Assembly (NCBI RefSeq): GCF_000372725.1
Contig: NW_005201421.1
Coordinates: 186,001-250,000, forward strand
DNA length: 64,000 bases
DNA from: Emiliania huxleyi CCMP1516
Taxonomy: Eukaryota
Direction of reading: 5' to 3'
Positions within the stretch are counted from its first letter, which is position 1; each line of letters begins with the position of its first letter. The notes under the pieces are model-generated. The model saw only the letters and a program-made list of their open reading frames with translations. It did no database searches and was not told where the DNA came from. A program made the translations under genes and the position numbers. This document shows positions 1-11,400 of this stretch, in pieces.

Positions 1-299
1 CGGCCCTGCGCCCGGCCTGGCCGGAGGGACGCGTCCGAGACACGTCACCTTTCCGCCGCAAGGTGCTCGACTGCCTCAAGCTCTTCATGCCGCAGCTGCC
101 CGCCGACCTCCTCCCCTTCCAGAGGGCCGCCCACCGCCGCTCGAACGACCTCGCAAAGCACATGCAAAACTACCGGGTGGGCGAGCCGATCCTCCCCCTC
201 GAGTGGAAGCCTGCAGACATGAGCGCGGCGGTGCCGGTCCCCTGCCCGCCGCCGCCCGCGTTGCCGCCGTCCGCTTTCCCGTCGGCGCCGAGGCGATGA
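1..299 (+). CDS. 3' end of a gene of unknown function entering from the left edge
   Basis: Open frame with coding-like composition (...VLDCLKLFMPQLPADLLPFQRAAHRRSNDLAKHMQNYRVGEPILPLEW...) ending TGA at 297-299; no motif recognised. Confidence 0.4.
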   Translation, partial: ALRPAWPEGRVRDTSPFRRKVLDCLKLFMPQLPADLLPFQRAAHRRSNDLAKHMQNYRVGEPILPLEWKPADMSAAVPVPCPPPPALPPSAFPSAPRR

Positions 300-659
300 C
301 CATCAGTTGGCACAGGGGACACCGCGTGATCGGCACACAGCGGGGAACACCGTGTACGTTGGGGTGTGGGGGGGTCGGTGCCGTGTGAGGGGTGTGTCGC
401 GTCGTAGACGTAGTGGATGTGTGTGTGACAAGCTCTAGCTGACCTGATGTTCGGCGCGTCGTCGTCGCAACAGACGGCGGCGCGCGAGATCCGGCGGCCT
501 GGCAAAGCTACATGGCAAAGAGAAAGGGCAAAGCCAAAGGCGCGGCTCCGCAGGACAGAGAGGAGAGAGGCCGCTGCACGCGCGCGCTGGCCGGTGCGCG
601 GTGCCGGTGCGCGGTGGGCGTGGCCGTGGGGGCTCGGGCTGGGGGGCAGCGCGAGCGAT

Positions 660-2770
660 CTGAGCCCTGGTCCGACAGCCTGACAGCAAACCCCAGACAG
701 CGCCTGACAGTGCCCGACAGCCTGACAGCGTTGACAGCACTTTCTCCGACAGCCTGACAGCACGTATCTGACAGCCTGACAGCAGAGCCTGACATCAGAG
801 AGGTGACCCGTCGCTGTCAGGCTCTAACGTGACAGCCTGACAGCTGCCCGACAGCCCGACAGCACACAGTGGCCTGACAGCAGCGCTGACAGCCCGACAG
901 CCCGACCAGCCCGACAGCAGCACAGACCGTACACAGGCTGTGCAGCCTCTTTCTTGTGCCCCATGAGGGTATAACAAAACTATTACATGCAAAGACATGT
1001 GAGTGTGGTCCATGTCCATGTAGTCATGTGGGATGGTCATGGGTCTCTCTTTCAACCCTCCCGCCCCACCTCTGCGGACCCGCGGCTGTGCTACTACACA
1101 CCAGCTAGCCTTCTGGGGCCCTACAGATCAGTCATATGGCTAGGGTGGGGGTGGCCGCCGCCGTCTGTGCCGCCGCCGCCGCCTGCGCCTGCGCCGCCAT
1201 CTGCGCTCCCCCCAGGCGGCCGCCGCCGCCGCCGGCACGGTAGACGCGCGCCGCGCCACTGGCAGCTCGAGCGCAGAGTACCTGCGCCAGCTCTCGATGA
1301 GTCAGCGCAGCAACGGGGTCTTCATCAATGACCCCAAGGGCCTCTTTATCCTCCGGTGGTGTACCGTGAGGTGAAGGGTGACGGGACCCCCCCAGACGGC
1401 CCGCACTACCAGAACAGAGCGTGCAAGAACTAACAAGCTGACGACTCGAGCGACAACGATGGGGAGGCCTTCCGCTGGACCAGCAACTACCAGATCATCA
1501 GCAAGGTGTACCTGAAGAAGCACTCCCTCCTTCCTCTCTGCTATTCTCTCAGTGCGGCAGACAAGAAGATGGTGACGTCCACCATGAAAAGGATGGTGGG
1601 ACCGGAGGCAGAGTAGAGACTGAGTATGTGTAGTAGAGTCCTGCTGGTATCCTCTTGATAGTGTCATAAGTGTGGCTGGTGTGTGTCAGAGCCTGACAGC
1701 GCCCCGGACAGCACCACCTGACAGCTCCTGATAGCACCGGCCCTACGTCTGACAGCAGCAGCAGCCTGACAGCTCTGACAGCTCCGATAGCGTCTGACAG
1801 CAACACCCGACAGCTCCGACAGCACCCGACAGCTACAGATCACCTCTGGCTAGCCCTCTGATGTCAGACAAGCACCCGACAGCACCCGACAGCACCCGAC
1901 AGCACTGACAGCACCTGACAGCTGGTCTGACAGAGGCACCTGACAGTGTCTGACAGCTGCCCGACAGCCCGACAGATCACCTGACAGCACCTGTGACAGC
2001 TAGACAGCCAGGCTAGTTCCATTTGGCACAGCTCGCGTTACAAAACCTTGATTTTGACCATTTGCGCCATTTTGTCCCTCTCGGTGCCTTCCAGAGGAAG
2101 CTGCGACCCCGCCGAGTAGACGGGCGCACACAGCAGGGGCGCGGTGTGCGCCCGTCCACTTGGCGGGGTCGCAGCTGCCTCTGCGCGTCCTGGGGAGGGA
2201 CAAAAGTGTCGCCGCCGAAGGCGACTCGACGCCGCTGAGATCGGAGATCAAGCTCTGACAGGTCGCACGTCGCTCCTTTGACGCCGACGTGACTCACCCG
2301 TGCAGATCACATCAGGACACGGTCTCGACGCGCTCGGTACGACGCCTGCGACCCGTCTCGGGTCAGGTGGCACGACGCTCATCGCGCCTGCCAGCGCTGC
2401 CGTACAGGTTGCCACGACGAGGTCGAGCACGCTTCTATACGCTCGCCGAGCCTTCCTTTCCATCCAATTAGGCAGCCTGGGAACGGTGGCGGTCAGAGGC
2501 AAAGCCTACGAGGGGTGGTGGAACCACATGTCACGGCTACTGCCGGCTCGACCCCACGATAGCCTCCGAAGGCTGACTTTGAGGCACCATCATCGGACGA
2601 TGTCGACGAGTTGGGTCGCTCTCGCGGTAGCCAGATGACCCTCCTATGCTAGTACCATCGGCTAGGGCCGCAGGAAGCGCGGGGGAGGGCGCTGGGAGCA
2701 ACACAGAGCTCCGTTGGACGTTTTCAAGATTAGCGTGTCAGAGTGAAATGGAACTAGCCCCAGGGCTCAG
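660..2770. mobile_element. Non-autonomous TIR DNA transposon (outer element) with CTGACAG/CCGACAG subterminal arrays
   Basis: TIR CTGAGCCCTGG (660-670) / CCAGGGCTCAG (2760-2770); flanking direct repeat CGAGCGAT at 652-659 and 2771-2778 (or GCGAGCGATC, 10 bp, with a 10-bp TIR); dense C(T/C)GACAG arrays at ~672-920 and ~1690-2007; no transposase ORF. Confidence 0.8.
2011..2759. mobile_element. Nested non-autonomous TIR element (3-bp TSD, PIF/Harbinger-like)
   Basis: 14-bp TIR GGCTAGTTCCATTT (2011-2024) / AAATGGAACTAGCC (2746-2759); CCA on both sides (2008-2010, 2760-2762); superfamily inferred from TSD length only. Confidence 0.75.
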
Positions 2771-3028
2771 CGAGCGATCCAGATCGGAGATCGAGATCGC
2801 TCCCGGGGACCGCGCGCGTGGGGACACTCTTTTTTCTGCGAATTGACGAACATTTGCAGCCTCGAGGGCGCTACAACTTTGTGGTGTGTTGTGCTTTGCT
2901 TGGAAACACTAAAAACACATCGTGACACGTGAGACGTGAGAGCAGTCTTGCATCTGGATTTACCCCCACCTTGGCGATCCAGGACGACTGTTGAACAAAG
3001 ACTCACAGACAGGAAGCGAGGCGCGCCT

Positions 3029-3565
3029 CTACCAGCCATCTACTGACCGCTCCCATCCATCTAGCGGCCAAGAACGGGTCGTCGCATGCGCCAGGAAGGA
3101 GGAGGGCGCCGCCGCCGCCCCTCCCACGGCGGCCACGCCTGCCGACGCTCCTGCACGGGCGCCACTCGCGGCGGGACACCCCGGCTCCGCCTCGAGCTCG
3201 TCCGCGAGCACAGTTTCCGCCGAGGCGGTGGCCTGCGCCTCGGCCTGCGCCTCGGCCCACCCGTGCAGCGCTCGCCTCCACGCCTTGACCCGGCCGTCAA
3301 AGCAGCGCTTGGAGACGCTCTCGGTGATGTCGGGCGTGCGCGGGTGATCGCGCCCTCGCTGCTCCTTGGGCACGGCGCGGAGGTACGCGGCGTACTCCGG
3401 CGTGTCCTTGCCGTACTCGATCTGCTTCTTCCGCTGCTGCAGCCGCTGTGCCGCCGCGTCGGGATCAGAGAGCACACACACCGCCCGCCATCCGTCCGAG
3501 GTGCCGCCGCCGTCAGCGTCGTCGCCGACGCGGCGCCGCTCCTCCTGCGCGAAGCCGCACGCCAT
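3029..3565 (-). CDS. SLBP: Histone mRNA stem-loop-binding protein (SLBP RNA-binding domain)
   Basis: RLQQRKKQIEYGKDTPEYAAYLRAVPKEQRGRDHPRTPDITESVSKRCFDGRVKAWRRALHGW matches the SLBP RBD pattern (RQKQIxYGKNT..Y..Y...VP...R...HPxTP......S.R.WD..+K.WR..LH.W). Confidence 0.9.
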   Translation of the reverse strand: MACGFAQEERRRVGDDADGGGTSDGWRAVCVLSDPDAAAQRLQQRKKQIEYGKDTPEYAAYLRAVPKEQRGRDHPRTPDITESVSKRCFDGRVKAWRRALHGWAEAQAEAQATASAETVLADELEAEPGCPAASGARAGASAGVAAVGGAAAAPSSFLAHATTRSWPLDGWERSVDGW

Positions 3566-4234
3566 AGAGGGAGTCCTCGTGACCGCTCTGTTGCCGACGC
3601 GACGGCAACAGCGCGCGCTCTTGCGAGAAGACGATTTGTTTCTTTTTCTGCCGGTGCTCGCTCAATGCTCGCCCTCCTGACATCCATCGCCTCGCTAGTG
3701 TGCGCCGCGCACGACGCTGCTCCTCCGCCCGGACTCCTCGTGGGTGCGCCCGCTTGGCCCCTACGCCGCAGCAGTATCCTCGTGAACGCACGAGCATGTG
3801 GGCACTAGAGCCTCTCACACCGGACACCGCGGTCCGCGCTGTCCTGCAAGACATCACTGAGCGTGTTGTGTGTGCGAGTGCGTGTGGTCCCCCCTCCCCG
3901 CGCGCCGCGGGGACACCTCGCGCCACTGCTCTGCTGCACGGGGCAGGTTTAGTGCGTTTCGCGCAAGAGGTTTTCTTGTTGCATGTTGGAGATGTGACTT
4001 GTCATTTAATCCACAAGTCTTCTCACTTCTCTCTCCACGGCTCCAATCTAAACAAGACCATGCATGGCTCTTGTACTGGCTACTACCCTGTGGCTGTGCG
4101 CTCCTCTCTCGACTCTGCTCTCTCTCGCGCGAAACTCTGCGCGGCTAATGCACGGACAAGTCGAACGGGGTGGAGATGCTGCACACCCCGCCGCACAGTC
4201 ACGGCCCCCAGTAGATGGCGTGTCAGCTCGCGCG

Positions 4235-7200
4235 TCAGGGGGTGCCGCCCTCGCCCGCGGCCTTCGAGCGGGCCGGCTTGCGGCCGAAGCTGAAGACGCG
4301 CGTGAGCTTCTCGCCCGCCTTGGCCGCTTCCGCCTTCGCGCGCTCCGCCGCCGCCTTTGCGCCCGCGAGGCGGTCGGTCTGGCCGGGGGAGGAGAAGTCG
4401 GGCGCCACGTCGTCCGAGACGAGCATCGCACTGCGCTGCTCGAGGGAGAGGGCGTGGAAGCCGCCTGCGCACGGGCGGACGAGGCGCCGTCGCTCCCCCG
4501 GCTCGCAAGCGGCGAGGGGCGCGGGGAGGGGAGACTTCCCTGCAGCACGCCGAGGTTGGCGAAGCCGTCCGCGAGGAACTCGTCCACGATCTCGCGGACG
4601 AGCTGCGCCCCAAGCCCGGGGGTGCCCTTGTCAGTGCGCGGGTCTCCGGACGTGAGCAGCGCGGGAGCAACGCCGCCGTCGTCGCAGATCTCGCGCAGCT
4701 CCGCGCGCACCGCCTCCCGCACCTCCGGCCGCTTCGCCTGCCGGGCTGTCGACACGTCATGGACGTGTCGTGGACGTGCCTCCCGCACCTCTGGCCGCGT
4801 CGCCTCGGCCGGCGGCAGGTGCCGCGTCAGCGCGAAACAGCCGCGCTTGTGCTCCGCCTCGGGGCGTAAGTCGACCACCCACCGGCGCAGCCGGCCGGGC
4901 GTGTGCAGGGACGGGTCGAGCTCGTCGCCTAGCCGGCACCTCAACCGTCAGCACTCCCCAACGCATTGGTTGGGACGGGGCGAGCCGCGCCGCCCTGCAG
5001 CCAAGCGACGGAGTACGGCGGCGGCATCGGCTGGTCCGCCGCCCACGCGTCGGCGACCGCCGCGGCAAGCCCGTGCGGCAAGCTCGCGTGCGCGGCGCAC
5101 GCCTCCTCGTGCAGCAGCTGCGCCTGTTCAGAACCGAGTCACGAATCACCGACGAGTCAATGGAGCGGCGCACGCCTCCTCGTGCAGCAGCTGCGCCTCG
5201 CGCGGCGTGGAGAGGCGCAGCTGCGTGAAGGCTGGTAGCAGCGAGTCGGGCGGCATGGCGAGCAGCGACTCCTAGAAGGTTCTTAGAAGGTTCCTAGAGG
5301 GTTCCTAGACGGCTCCTAGAAGAGGCATGGCGAGCAGCGACTCCTTGCCTCGAGCCAGGAGGCAGACGAGCAGGACGGGCGTGTGTGCGCGCGGGAAGGC
5401 GACCTCGGCGGGGATGGAGAAGAGGCACAGCTCGATCAGCCGGAGGTGCGCCGCCGCGTCCGTGTGCGTGCCGAGCAGCGAGGTGAGCGCGCGGCCCAGC
5501 CGGACCGAGAGAGGAGGCTCGGCCGCTTGCAGGTGCAGGGCGAGCGCGGGCTGCAAGTAGCGGAGCAGCACCCACAACCAGAGGAGCAGCGCCTGGTTGG
5601 GCGGCTGCGCCGGGACGTGGACCTGGCCCTGCACCGTCGCCGTCACCGGCATGCCCCACGGCTTGCCTGCCACCAAGCTCCTCGGTGTCTAATCACTGGT
5701 GTCTGGTAGTTCATCACCACCTCGCGTGCCCCGCGGCATGCCTGCCATCAGCGCGGGGGAGAGGCGGCCGAGGCAGGCGCACACGCAGTTGAAAAGGTCG
5801 GACCTAACTCACGGATTGCGAATGGTTCATCCTCCACTGCCAATGGATGGGCGCACATGCAGCGGAAGAGGTGTCGGACCGCTGCCCGCGCAGCGCCTCG
5901 CGCGTCACCGACCCGCCCCCCGCCTCGAGGGCGGCGGACCCCGCCCCGTGCGCGACCAGGAGCAGGAGGGGGGCGAGGAAGGGGGCGAGGCCGAGCTCGG
6001 GCGAGTACGAGAGCGAGAGCGACTTGAGCAGCAGCTGCAGCACCGCCACCCCCTCCTCCTCGAGCGCAGACGCCGCCTCCGCTGGGAAGCCGTCGCCGTC
6101 GCCAACCACGCAGGGTCCAACCGCGGCCTCCACCGCCGTGTGCATGTCCGCCACCAAGTCCGCCACCCCTCGCAGCGGCGTCGCCAGCAGCATGCGCACC
6201 TCCCGCCGAGAAGCAGCCGAGATGCAGCCGAGATGTAGCCGAGAGGTAGCCGAGGGGTGGCCGAGAGGTGGCCGAGATGTAGCCGAAATGTAGCCGAGAG
6301 GTAGCCGAGGGGTGGCCGAGATGCAGCCGAGAGACAGAGATAGCGGCGAGCGGCATGCGCACCTTGGCCGCCTCCGCCGCCAGCGGAACCATCGACTCGA
6401 CCTGCAGCAGCCGCTTCCACAGCGCCCATCGCACCGGAGGCGAGACGCCGACCAAAGCGAGGGCGCGCTGGGCCTGCGGGGGCAGGGGCTCGACGGAGCC
6501 GCCGTCGGCGCCTGTTCACAGCGCTCTGCGTCTCGCCCTCGCCCTCTCTGCTTGGTGGGAGGGGCTCGACGCGTCTGGCGCCCGGCGCGAGCCACGCGGC
6601 GAGCTGCTGCTGGTGGGCGGCGTCTGCCTCGAGGACGGCGGCCTGGGCAAGGGGAGGGGCAGCTGGTGATTGAGAGGGCGGGGAGGAGGGCCTGGGGGAG
6701 GGGGGGAGGCAGCGAGTGCGGAAGGGGCTCCTAAGGGGTGGGTGTAAAGGAGGAGGAGGGGGGGGGGGGGGGGGGCTGCGCGCGCTCTGCGCCTCGATCG
6801 CGGCGTCCGCCTGCTCGCCGCTTGCTCCGGCGACCCCCTCCGCCTCGACGCCGCACGCCGCCAGAGCGGCGAGCTGCGCGCCGCGCGGCAGCAGCTGCGG
6901 CTGCAGCTGGAAGGCCTCCCCGCTGAGGACGAGGAGGGACTCGGCGCTCCACGTCGCCTGGGAGGGAGGGCCAGAGGGAGGGCCCCAAGCAGGCTCCGAG
7001 ACGGCGCGAGGGCAGGGGGCTGTGCAAGGGGGGAAGGGGGCTGTGCAAGGGCGAGGAGAGAGGGGGCGGCGCGCGCAACCTCGTCGGCGACCCCGCCCTC
7101 GCCGCCGCCCCCGCCGCCCTCGCCCGCCTCCTCCTCCCCCCCCGCCTCGAGCAGCGACGCGTTGATCGCGCGAGCCAGAGCCGCATCCTCCGCCTCCTCC

Positions 7201-8222
7201 GCCTCGGCAGCGGCCTCGTCCCGCCCGCCCTCCAGCTGGCCCGACAGCGAGCGAGCGAGCGCCTCGTCCGCAGCCTCGTCGACCTGCTCGCGGGCCCGAG
7301 CCGCCTCCGCCGCCTCGGCCGCCTCGGCCGCCGCCGCCACCGCAGCCGCCTCCGCCGCCGCCGCCGCCTCTGCGGCCGCCTCCGCCTCCGCGCCCGCCGC
7401 CGCCGCTTCTGCCGCCGCCGCCGCCTCCGCCGCCGCAGCCGCCTCCGCTGCCGCAGCCGTCGGCGCCTCCTCCACCGCCGGCGGCGGCGGAGCGATCCCG
7501 AGCAGGTCCTCCAGCAAGCCCTCCTCTGCGGCTTGCGGCGGCGGCGGCGGCGGCGCTGCTTGCGGCGCGGGCGCGGCGAGCTCGGGTGCTTCGAGCTCGG
7601 CCACGGGCGGGGCGAGAGAGGCGAGGGGGATGGCGGGGTCGGAGAAGAGCGCGACCGGCGGCGGCGCCGCCGCCTCCTCCGACGCCACCGAGAAGAGGGA
7701 GTCGAGCCCGTCTGCCAGCCCGGCAGCAGCCAGGCCTGCGGCGGGCGCCGAGGCAGGCGAGGGGGCGGGCGTGGGCGAGCCGAGGAGGCCATCCAGGCCG
7801 TCAAAGGCGGCGGCCGCGGCCGGCGCAGGCGGCTGCGGCGGCGGCTGCGGTGGCTGCGGCGGCTGCGGCGGCAGAGCGCCGCCGAGGAGGTCCGAGCTGC
7901 TCCCGAGCAAGTCGACGAGCGGCGTCGCCGGGACTGCCGGCTCCGGCTCGAGAGCGCCAAGCAGGTCCGTTGCCGGCGCCGGCGCCGCGGTCTCGGGCGG
8001 TGGCGGCGGTGGCGCCGGCGCGGCCGGCGCGGAGGCGGCCGGTGCCGCGGCGGCCGGTGCCGGCGCGGCGGCCGGTGCCGGCGCGGCGGCCTTGAGCGCC
8101 TGCTCGGCGGCGTCGAGGTCGCAGCCGCATGCGTTGAGGGCCTCCTTGCACGCTTTGAGGTCGAAGGCCTTCCCGACGCGCGCCTGCAGATCCTTGATTT
8201 GCGAAAAGCTCGCGGTCGGCAT
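4235..8222 (-). CDS. Multi-exon Rab-GAP TBC + rhodanese domain protein (TBC1D23-like) with N-terminal UBA-like domain, Pro/Ala-rich linker and UIM-like motifs
   Basis: N-term QIKDLQARVGKAFDLKACKEALNACGCDLDAAEQAL (UBA/EF-Ts-N-like); DEALARSL and EDAALARAINASLLE (UIM-like); PPVRWALWKRLL, YSPELGLAPFLAPLL, LLRYLQPALALHL (TBC); WVVDLRPEAEHKRGCF (rhodanese). Introns inferred at 4738-4803, 5124-5196, 5272-5343, 5667-5741, 5804-5879, 6200-6362, 6512-6581 and others. Confidence 0.75.
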
Positions 8223-8423
8223 GGGTGTGATTCTCGGTGTGATTTTGAGTCCGCGGCCAAGACACTGTGTCCTCCACGGCGCCGATGAGGGAGGCGCCGG
8301 GCGTTTCTTTTTCAGTGCGTGCGAGAAGTCCCGTGCCGAGTGTTGTGCGAGGGAGCTTTGTTGTAAAATTCTTTTTCAACTTGGCGGGCCTTCCACCCCT
8401 CTCGGGTCATTTAGTCCCCACAT

Positions 8424-11400
8424 TTCGCACAGAGGGCACGCGAGGTACGACCGTGCCCGGCCGTGCTATTAAAGCGACTCGGCTCTCTAACAGGCTGCAG
8501 CCCAGAGCCACACGGAGTCTACGCGCATCGCTTGTGCATAGCCTCGACCAATCTCCTGTTCACGGTGCAACCGTGAACAAAGAGCTTCTTCGAACCGTTA
8601 CAAACACGACGCGAGCCGCCCAGCAGGGAGCCTGGGCGACTCGCTTTGACGCTGGCCAGGCCGGAGGCGAGTGCCGCCGCCAGGCCACGACCGACCGCGC
8701 CCGTCCTACGGACGGGCGCAATGGGCCAAACGGATCCGCGCCGCAGTGCATGCAGCACCGCGCCGCCAGTCCAATACATGCAAACCGCAGGCTTTGCAGC
8801 GAGGACCAGCCTGCTCAGCTTCGGACGAGGAGCCAGCAGCCAACAGGAGGACAGCAGTCGTCCACGCCAGCTGGAATGCGAGGACCGCCCCAGCCGCAGG
8901 TGGCCCCATACGTAATGCTTTGCGCAAAGCACCGTGCAAAAATGGCGTCTTTACATGGCCATGCAGCAAGCAGTGCCGCCAGATGAGCACACGGCCATGG
9001 GCGAAGTGCACCCGCAGGGCCAGCTGGCATTGCGTGGTGCACTCGCAAATCAACCCGCCCTCTCGTGCCAAGGACGGCGCGAGGGGAGCGCGAGCATCCA
9101 CCAGCAGCCGTCTGGCTGCTGGTGTGAGCCATACTCAACACGCCGCGCGGAGCGGAGTGCGGAGCCATGAATGAGCAGTAGAGCCTGCGCCTTGAAGCAC
9201 GGCCTGCGGCCCCTACCCTGCCGTCGGCCCGCCACTGGCGGCGTCGAGGACAGTTCGAGACGGTGTGCGGTGTCAGCCTGTGAGGCGCACTGCACTCGAA
9301 CTGCACTAGTGGAAGCACCAACACGGCCCTCGGGCTGTTTGGGGACCCGGACGCCAGCGGCCCCCCGGGAGAGGGGTGTCCTGGTTGTGTCTTGTCTGAG
9401 TGCCAGCGCACGCAGCTATCTTAACGGCGTGAGGTCAGCAAGAACCCTCGCGGCGTAGTGCAGTCTGTGAGGGTGTGTGCCTGCACGGATTGCACAAGTA
9501 ACAAATCACTCCTGTCGGCATTCCTCCGGAACGGGGCGACAGAACACGTGTTATTCCGTAGTCGGGATGACCACAAATCGTCAGGGCACTCAAGAAGAGG
9601 CCAGCCGGCACTTCGAGCTGCGCTCGACATGGGGATGCGCACAGTCAATATATGTCAATGCGCGCCGCGCGAGCGAGTCTAAAGACTCGGTCGCGAACTT
9701 TCCGAGAAGGAAGACAAGTGGGGCGGCGGCGTCGATAGATATCGACGCCGCCGTCGCCGCGCATCATGACGAGTTCGCATTCCCCATGTGACCCTCTATA
9801 CCTCACCTTCGAGACAAGCCAGGGTTCAACCCAATGGACCTAGTGTGGCGTCGAGGCCCGCACTGTCTGGACATGCGGGCCGCGGCTGACAGAACGGCGG
9901 GCTAGGCATTGAGAGCCCAGGAGTTTTAATTCGCACAGAGGGCACGCGAGGTACGACCGTGCCCGGCCGTGCTATTAAAGCGACTCGGCTCTCTAACAGG
10001 CTGCAGCCCAGAGCCACACGGAGTCTACGCGCATCGCTTGTGCATAGCCTCGACCAATCTCCTGTTCACGGTGCAACCGTGAACAAAGAGCTTCTTCGAA
10101 CCGTTACAAACACGACGCGAGCCGCCCAGCAGGGAGCCTGGGCGACTCGCTTTGACCTCCCCCCCCGCCCCACAGTGCGCCAGCGGCGCATTTGGGATGG
10201 ACACCACACGTCGTCACACCGAGCAGCTCTCTGTCAACGGAAATTTCTCAGTTCTGATGCGTCATCCGGATGGAGCAACTGGCTTTGCTTAGATTGGGAG
10301 TCCTTTTGCTATGTGCTCTACGCGGGGAACTATGCCTCTTTTAGCCTCATCCTGCAGGCGATAGCCCAGCCCGCGTGCAGCGGTGGCGGCGACACTTGCA
10401 ACACGAGCACGCCTCGCTTCGGCGCGCTCGATCCTTCACAACGGGCCGCCCGCAAGGACGCGTGTGCGGCCCTCTCTACTCGACCTGTGCCACGGCACGG
10501 GTCGTTCTAGTCATGCAGCCGCCCCGGCGATCGTGCTCGGGGCGTATCTCAGCACTCACCGCGCGAGACGCGTGGAGTGCCACACAAACCAGTAAACAGC
10601 AGCCTCCGCTGCTGCGACTCGAATGCTTCAAACGCGCACCTGTGCTTGCGCACGGCGTGCTCTACACGAGCCCCCCGGCCGCACGAGCGTACGGGCGGCT
10701 CGAATCCAACCTTCCCCCGCCCTAGCCACTGTTGGCTGGGCGGTGGGTGCCGTCCGCCTTGCGGCGGCGGCGACACTTGCAACACGAGCACACCTCGCTT
10801 CGGTGTGCTCGATCCTTCACAACGGGCCGCCCGCAAGGACGCGTGTGCGGCCCTCTCTACTCGACCTGTGCCACGGCACGGGTCGTTCTAGTCATGCAGC
10901 CGCCCCGGCGATCGTGCTCGGGGCGTATCTCAGCACTCACCGCGCGAGACGCGTGGCGTGCCACAAACCAGTAAACAGCAGCCTTCGCTGCTGCGACTCG
11001 AATGCTTCAAACGCGCACCTGTGCTTGCGCACGGCGTGCTCTAAGAGCCTCCCTACCGCACGAGCGTGCGGGCGGCTCGAATCCACCTTTCCCCGCCCTA
11101 GCCACTGTTGGCTGGGCGGTGGGCGCCGTCCGCCTTGCGGCGGCGGCGACACTTGCAACACGAGCACACCTCGCTTCGGCGCGCTCGACCCTTCACAACG
11201 GGCCGCCCGCAAGGACGCGTGTGCGGCCCTCTCTACTCGACCTGTGCCACGGCGCGGGTCGTTCTAGTCATGCAGCCGCCCCGGCGATCGTGCTCGGGGC
11301 GTATCTCAGCACTCACCGCGCGAGACGCGTGGCGTGCCACAAACCAGTAAACAGCAGCCTTCGCTGCTGCGACTCGAATGCTTCAAACGCGCACCTGTGC

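Noticed and set aside
6731..8472. Long Arg-rich and Ala/Ser-rich overlapping ORFs (also at 23921-26178, 49673-51811, 52806-54335, 57136-58161, 61031-63001)
   Set aside because: Shadow frames of GC-rich genes on the other strand or frame
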